From positions 1-40,329 of the IMG/VR virus record IMGVR_UViG_3300029183_000010: a DNA stretch of 40,329 nucleotides, one strand, 5' to 3'. How positions within the stretch are numbered: the first letter of the stretch is position 1; every line of letters begins with the position of its first letter. Shown piece after piece: positions 36,475-40,329 of this stretch. This stretch comes from a virus (lineage: Duplodnaviria; Caudoviricetes). The notes beneath the pieces are model-generated. The model made no database searches. It had not been told where the DNA came from and saw nothing but the letters and a program-made list of their open reading frames with translations. The position numbers and the translations under genes are program-made.

Positions 36475-38324
36475 TATTTTACCTTTAATTTTATGTGTTT
36501 TACGCCTTGAAGATTCATGGTTGAATCGTGCTCTGTAATCAGATCGTTATCAAATTTGAAATACCCTTGATACAAAGCTGAAACAATCTCATCTTCACCA
36601 TCAGTGTTCTGAAGTTCAACCATATCACGGATTTTATCGTCCCTGTAGTCAAGCAACACAATTTGAGAGCCGTCAGGAGTATTCTGGAACGGCTGTGGTA
36701 TAACTGGCCTGTCAGCATTCTTGATGGATTGCGTGATAAGCTCATATTCCTGAGATATAATTCTCAACTTGAGATTTTGTGTTTCGTACCTCTCGAAATT
36801 AATATTCGCATCTTTGATCTGGTCTTTTGAAATCCCTTTGAAAGCCTTTACTTTCTCACGGTATTTCAGGTCATTAAGCTTTTCAAAGAAGTCTCTTCTA
36901 TCAATTTTAATCGGCTTTTTGTTAGATCCAAAAATATTATCAAGAGTTGTATTTTGCTTTCTTGATTTAAGCCTGTATTTCTTACCTGTCTCTGGATCAG
37001 TAAAATCTGGAAAAACTTGCGTTGGTCCATTATAAGCCCACGGTGGATCTTCTGCAAAGTAGTGAGCAAGAATGTCACCATTCTTAGATAACAAGACATA
37101 AAGAAAGCCAGCCGCTTCATTTTCCGCATCATCATGGTAAGGCGGTGAGGCTGTAACATATCTCTGCTGCCCCTGCACTGTGCAAGTTGTAAAAGCCGTA
37201 CCTGTTTTTTGCGTCAAAACTCTGGCATATGTTGCATAACTTCCACTTGTATTCCCGTAGCCCATTATCCCCTCACCCGTGTTTCTGGTCTGAGGTGTGA
37301 AACCGTATTGACCAGCAGGCATAATAACGGCTGTTCCTACTTGTGGCTCAGAAAGACTGTTCGATTGAGCACTTACAGAAAATGTTCCTGTCGTTGTATT
37401 AAGGTTTCCTTGAGAAACAGAGGTCAACCCCGCTGAGCCGCTGGCTGCTGATGTCAGTCTACCATCGGCATCAACTGTGATATTGGCTGAGGTATAAGAT
37501 CCAGCCACAACAGCTGTTGCTGCAAGCTCTGTCGGACCGATACCACCTGATGCCACCTTTATTCCTGATGATGATCTGGCAAGCGTTGCACCATCCAGTT
37601 TAACGCGCAAGTTTCCTGATCCGTCATTCTCGACACCTTCACCGATGTTCATATTTCTGAGCGTACCAGTCCCTGCTGTTCCAACTGTTGCCAGCTCGTA
37701 ACCTGTCTCACCAGAGTTCACGCGCAATGTTTTAAGGGCATCACCACCGCTGATCGTGGGTAGTGTCAGGCCAGAGGCAGCAGCCTCAGCCGCTGCCTGT
37801 GCAGCCTCAGCTGCTGCCTGAGCTGTTTCGGCATCCGTCTTTGCTGACTCGGCCTGCGTTGCATACGTGCTGGCATTCTCAATAGATGTCAGCAACGTGG
37901 CTGCATCATCCTCTGAGGCATCAGTCAAGGCCACGGCACGATCAAGGTTTTCTTTCAGCTGCTTGGTGAGCATAGTCACGTAATCAAACGCATCTTCATG
38001 CACATCAGGTGAGAAACCGCCTTGGTTTCTAAACTCTGTCCCCTGCTTGAAATCATAATTCGGCTTGATGACAATGTACTCACCAGCAACTAAGGCAGAT
38101 CCAGCCAAAGGATACGTGACAGATCCGCCTTCGTCTTGACCAATACCAGAGACACTGTAATCAATATCAACTGTTTTCACTGTTGTTGTTGTGGGTGAGA
38201 CGTTTGTATCAATGATAGACACCTCAAGCTGATTTTTATTGAAGATCTTGAAATCAAATTCAAAGGAAGTGAGCACACTGTTCCCTTGATATTTATGCTT
38301 ATTCGTGGTGCTAGGTACGGACAT
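36474..38324 (-). CDS. Tail fiber protein
   Basis: T7-type N-terminal anchor (YQGNSVLTSFEFDFKIF, HEDAFD), Ala-rich coil, ITVDADGRLT fiber motif. Confidence 0.85.
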   Translation of the reverse strand: MSVPSTTNKHKYQGNSVLTSFEFDFKIFNKNQLEVSIIDTNVSPTTTTVKTVDIDYSVSGIGQDEGGSVTYPLAGSALVAGEYIVIKPNYDFKQGTEFRNQGGFSPDVHEDAFDYVTMLTKQLKENLDRAVALTDASEDDAATLLTSIENASTYATQAESAKTDAETAQAAAEAAQAAAEAAASGLTLPTISGGDALKTLRVNSGETGYELATVGTAGTGTLRNMNIGEGVENDGSGNLRVKLDGATLARSSSGIKVASGGIGPTELAATAVVAGSYTSANITVDADGRLTSAASGSAGLTSVSQGNLNTTTGTFSVSAQSNSLSEPQVGTAVIMPAGQYGFTPQTRNTGEGIMGYGNTSGSYATYARVLTQKTGTAFTTCTVQGQQRYVTASPPYHDDAENEAAGFLYVLLSKNGDILAHYFAEDPPWAYNGPTQVFPDFTDPETGKKYRLKSRKQNTTLDNIFGSNKKPIKIDRRDFFEKLNDLKYREKVKAFKGISKDQIKDANINFERYETQNLKLRIISQEYELITQSIKNADRPVIPQPFQNTPDGSQIVLLDYRDDKIRDMVELQNTDGEDEIVSALYQGYFKFDNDLITEHDSTMNLQGVKHIKLKVK

Positions 38325-38333
38325 TATGCTCTC

Positions 38334-40306
38334 CTATTGTGTGATATTTGACAGGTTCGGTGCGCGGTCAGGTGTCAGGCTTTGAGGATCCCACCAGAAG
38401 CCCTGATTATATTCTTTTCTCAATCTGCTTTTCAACCTGTTCGTATCACTCCTAAAATCTGATCCGTTCAACATGCGTTCGGCAGAGTCAAACAAAAGCC
38501 TCTCAACAAGCAGTGAAGTGTAAGGCGTTTTGATGACTGGTGTGTTCCTGCGTGCAAAATTCAGCAGATCTTCTGTAAATTTGCTTTCTGCCTCTGGGTC
38601 AATAAGCTTTTGTGTGTTGCCTACTGACATTTTAACAAAATCAGAGAACGTGCCAAAGACAGGACCAGCTGCTGTTTCTGTGAATGACTGACCGAAACGG
38701 GATTGATCGGCAAAGATAAAGTCACCAAAAATGCCAAGCCCACCACCTTGCAGGAAAGCAGCAGAAAGAAACTTGTGATCATCCATCGGCCTTGGATCTC
38801 TTCCTTTCAAGATGTCTTTCGCCTGAATAGCAAGCCCACCGAATATGGCTGTATAGATTGCCATTTCTGCAAAAAGTGGTCCTCTTCCAATCGGATCTTG
38901 AAGCGTTTGCCTCATCAGTGGCAACACATAGTTTTGCATGACTGTGATCGGGAAGCTCTTGAACATACCAACAGAGGACCATAAAGCCCTGCTGACTGTT
39001 CCTGCCTGCACGTTCGGTGAGAAGGCTGCGCCTGATGTGATAGCTCTGGTTTTCAGTGTCGGCTCATTAACAGCAAGCTCACCGATTCGGCTCATCCATG
39101 TCTCGAATTTCAAGGATATATCAAGAAGCTCGGCTGGTGTCTTTCCTGTGCGCTTTGCAAGGGCAATCTCTTGAGGCCGTAAAAACAGATCTGTCATCTC
39201 GTCATCAAGATTGAAGTAATCGGCTTTCTTCATAACCTCAATATCGTCTTTGCCGATACCGAATGTCTTTGCCATGTCCCTGAAATCTTTTGGCAGTTTT
39301 TCCCACTCAAGGTTTCCTCTCTTGATGTCAGCAAGAAATCCAGAAAGCTCAGCCATTGGTGCAAGCCTTCCCATATCGGTCATATGCTGCAATCCACTGG
39401 CTCTGTTGGTAAAGTTCGCCATCCAGCGTGTGACACCGCGGCTCATGGCATCATCGGCATAACGTGCGGCTGAGAATCCTTTGCCGTTTACGGCACTTGA
39501 GATCATCAGCGTTCGCATCAGCTTCTCTCTTTCCTTGCCGTTTGTCATCAGCTTTGCATAGCGTGCCGTGACCTTGTTTGCACTAAGGCCGTTCATTTTG
39601 GCTGCAAGCCTCATATAGCTGGTATCAGTTACCGCTGATACTGAGGCAAGGGAAAGGTATGCAGAGCGCATCACGTCCTTTGTACCCTCAAGGAAACTGT
39701 ACCACATCGGCACTGTACCATGCTGATATATACGCCCTGAGAGAACATCGTACATACCACTGACAAACTGCTGCTCAAACGGTGAGGCATTTTCGCCTCT
39801 CATCATCAGCTCGAAATTTCTATACATGGCATTAGGCTTAGGTCCAAGCTCACGCATCATGGCAATATCACGTGTCATGCTTTCGATATGGTTAATCACC
39901 GCATCGAATAGGTTTTCTTCACCAATCCCGTAATCTTTATTGTAATTCAAAAAGTCATCAGCGTTCTTGAAGTGGTAAAACCTTGATGAAGATCTTCTTT
40001 GGAAAACATCAGATCCAAAGCCAAAGGTCTGCTTTCCCTGCCTTGCTCTTTTCTGAATGTCTGATAAACCGTGAGTGGTTATCGCGTCATAATCTTCACG
40101 CATAAATTCAAGCAGCTTCTTGTCATCAATGGGAAGTCCTGTTTCAAAATCAATCATCCTGTCACGATCAAGTTTCGGCATCAGGTTTGCTGACCAGACA
40201 TCAAAGAAATCTTCACGGCTCATCCCTGCTTCTCTGGCCCTGTTCAAGATCCTTTGACCGTCATGCACTTGAGGATAGTAATTTTCAATGCGTCCTATGA
40301 CACCGC
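38334..40306 (-). CDS. C-terminal part of large internal virion/ejection protein (starts at 724)
   Basis: FKSFP, KGRDPRPM, AAFLQGGGLGIFGDF, GQGFWW-like motifs; precedes the tail fiber. Confidence 0.8.
40177..40306 (+). repeat. Terminal direct repeat, copy 2 (circular assembly overlap)
   Basis: Identical to 24-153; lies inside an ORF. Confidence 0.93.
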
Positions 40307-40312
40307 AAGCCT

Positions 40313-40329
40313 GATCGTGACTGGGAAAC
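40313..40329 (-). other. Library primer, reverse complement (artefact)
   Basis: GATCGTGACTGGGAAAC. Confidence 0.95.

Noticed and set aside
37775-37830. GCAGCCTCAGC short tandem repeats
   Set aside because: They encode the Ala-rich coil (AQAAAEA) of the tail fiber and are not CRISPR or regulatory repeats.
36474-38324. BPP-1-type diversity-generating retroelement acting on the tail fiber
   Set aside because: I found no reverse transcriptase, no avd gene and no template/variable repeat pair.

Overview
The window is an apparently complete ~40.15 kb dsDNA podovirus genome assembled as a circle. Positions 24-153 are repeated at 40177-40306, and both ends carry the random-amplification primer GTTTCCCAGTCACGATC. 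The minus strand carries an epsilon15/BPP-1-like virion module: terminases, portal, scaffold, major capsid, cement/staple, tail tube A/B, GNAT-like gp13 equivalent, ejection proteins (one crossing the contig ends) and tail fiber. It is followed by a lysis cassette with a GH108 endolysin and spanins. A second minus-strand operon encodes a Cro-like HTH, DUF1376 initiator, RusA, MT-A70 methyltransferase, DUF2303 and MazG. A divergent plus-strand operon encodes an HD alarmone-hydrolase-like protein, LPD29-like protein, RecE/RecT-like pair, XRE regulator and DEDDh exonuclease. I found no integrase, DNA or RNA polymerase, tRNA, CRISPR array or DGR. An alphaproteobacterial host is inferred, not shown. 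The main unusual observations are: (1) a stand-alone PAS sensor gene coupled between the tail fiber and a holin-like gene; (2) a degenerate RelA/SpoT-like segment in a putative ejection protein, split by a frameshift, alongside alarmone-hydrolase and MazG genes; (3) an AGGACTGAGA motif before about 9 start codons; (4) a lectin+SGNH esterase gene inside the head module. All family calls come from recognising motifs by eye; no database searches were run.
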